Positions 63,379 to 64,000 of a DNA stretch of 64,000 bases are shown one piece after another (position 1 is the stretch's first letter; each line of letters opens with the position of its first letter). Under the pieces are notes generated by a model, which worked only from the letters and a program-made list of their open reading frames with translations, had not been told where the DNA came from and ran no database searches. The stretch is from an uncultured Anaerolineales bacterium (GTDB lineage Bacteria > Chloroflexota > Anaerolineae > Anaerolineales > UBA11858): NCBI GenBank assembly GCA_964344175.1, contig CAYFMI010000009.1, positions 1,148 to 65,147 on the forward strand, given 5' to 3'. A program made the translations under genes and the position numbers.

Positions 63379-64000
63379 ACTTTTTCCATCGTTGCCCACG
63401 ACCCCGAGGAGCAAGCCTGGGGTGTGGCTGTGGCATCTAAATTTTTAGCCGTTGGCTCGGTGACCCCCTGGGCGCGGGCCGGCTCCGGGGCAGTCGCCAC
63501 ACAAGCATTCGCTAACACTACCTTTGGGCCGCGCGGCCTGATACTGATGGAAAAAGGCCAAACTGCTGCAGAGGCGCTGGAGGTGTTGATCGCTGAAGAT
63601 GATGGCCGGGCGCACCGTCAGGTGGGTCTTGTAGATAGTATCGGAGCCTCGGCAGCCCACACCGGTGAGGGGTGCAAACCCTGGGCGGGGAGTATTTCCG
63701 AGGCTGGGTTTACCATCCAAGGCAACCTGCTCACAGGGCCGGGCGTGATTGAGGCAATGGCGACGGCCTTTGAGCGCTGCAAAGCGCGACTGCCCGAAAA
63801 ACTCTATGCCGCCCTGCTCGCCGGGGAGCGCGCCGGGGGCGATAAACGTGGCCGTCAGAGCGCTGCCATACTGACTGTCAGGGCCGGAGGCGGCTACGGC
63901 GGTTTCAACGACCGCTGGATCGATTACCGCGTCGACAATGCCCACAACCCGGTCGAAGCACTCGGTGAATTATTGCAGCTGCACGTCGTACACAATGAGA
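63379..64000 (+). CDS. DUF1028 family (Ntn-hydrolase fold) protein, 3'-truncated by the window; start codon unresolved
   Basis: my own translation of the plus strand: TFSIVAHDPEEQAWGVAVASKFLAVGSVTPWARAGSGAVATQA...GDKRGRQSAA; not in the ORF track; the antisense track ORF 63445-63945 is spurious. Confidence 0.65.

Noticed and set aside
63445-63945. 166-aa minus-strand ORF from the track
   Set aside because: It lies antisense to a plus-strand frame that I translated and that reads as a DUF1028 protein over its whole length. Its own sequence is low-complexity (Gly/Ala/Pro/Arg-rich), as is typical of antisense frames in GC-rich genes.

Overview
This is 64 kb of an apparent bacterial chromosome. 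Gene content and protein style suggest a filamentous Chloroflexi/Anaerolineae-like organism, but I cannot verify that here. I can support about 57 protein-coding genes. Most are housekeeping: rnhB, icd, lspA, rluD-like, gyrA, birA, uvrB, serA, serB-like, dcd, ftcD, a P-type ATPase, peptidases, two-component systems and a MarR-controlled MacAB-type efflux operon with two tandem adaptors. I saw no rRNA, tRNA or CRISPR array by eye.

The unusual content falls into seven groups:
1. A small, visibly AT-richer insert carries an HUH tyrosine transposase (RAYT) bracketed by two copies of a 29-nt hairpin. Directly beside it is a stand-alone TIR-FGE/SUMF1-fold fusion gene, a candidate NAD-cleaving conflict effector.
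2. A MoeZ-CysO-Mec-CysM protein-thiocarboxylate cysteine synthesis operon has gene junctions filled with hairpin repeats.
3. The non-coding repeat load is striking. It includes STRR-like tandem heptamers, among them a perfect (AAGGTTG)x7 that forms the uvrB leader. It also includes a 55-nt hairpin family with a conserved base and covarying apex, a 140-bp MITE-like element with inverted ends and 10-bp flanking direct repeats, and a 300-bp nest of inverted repeats with six TGCGTAA motifs.
4. Several concrete regulatory sites are visible: a perfect CGAAC-N4-GTTCG SOS box on uvrB, 11-bp-phased direct repeats upstream of an OmpR-type operon, and a terminator-like hairpin in the gyrA leader.
5. There is a membrane-embedded 7TM-GAF-HTH one-component regulator.
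6. A translationally coupled gene set encodes an S1-domain protein, ComEA and a large membrane adenylate cyclase.
7. There are start-codon anomalies: a DUF1028 gene without a canonical start, and an orphan Shine-Dalgarno (SD) site plus a G8 tract upstream of the S1-domain gene.

All functional calls rest on motif recognition by eye. No database search was run.
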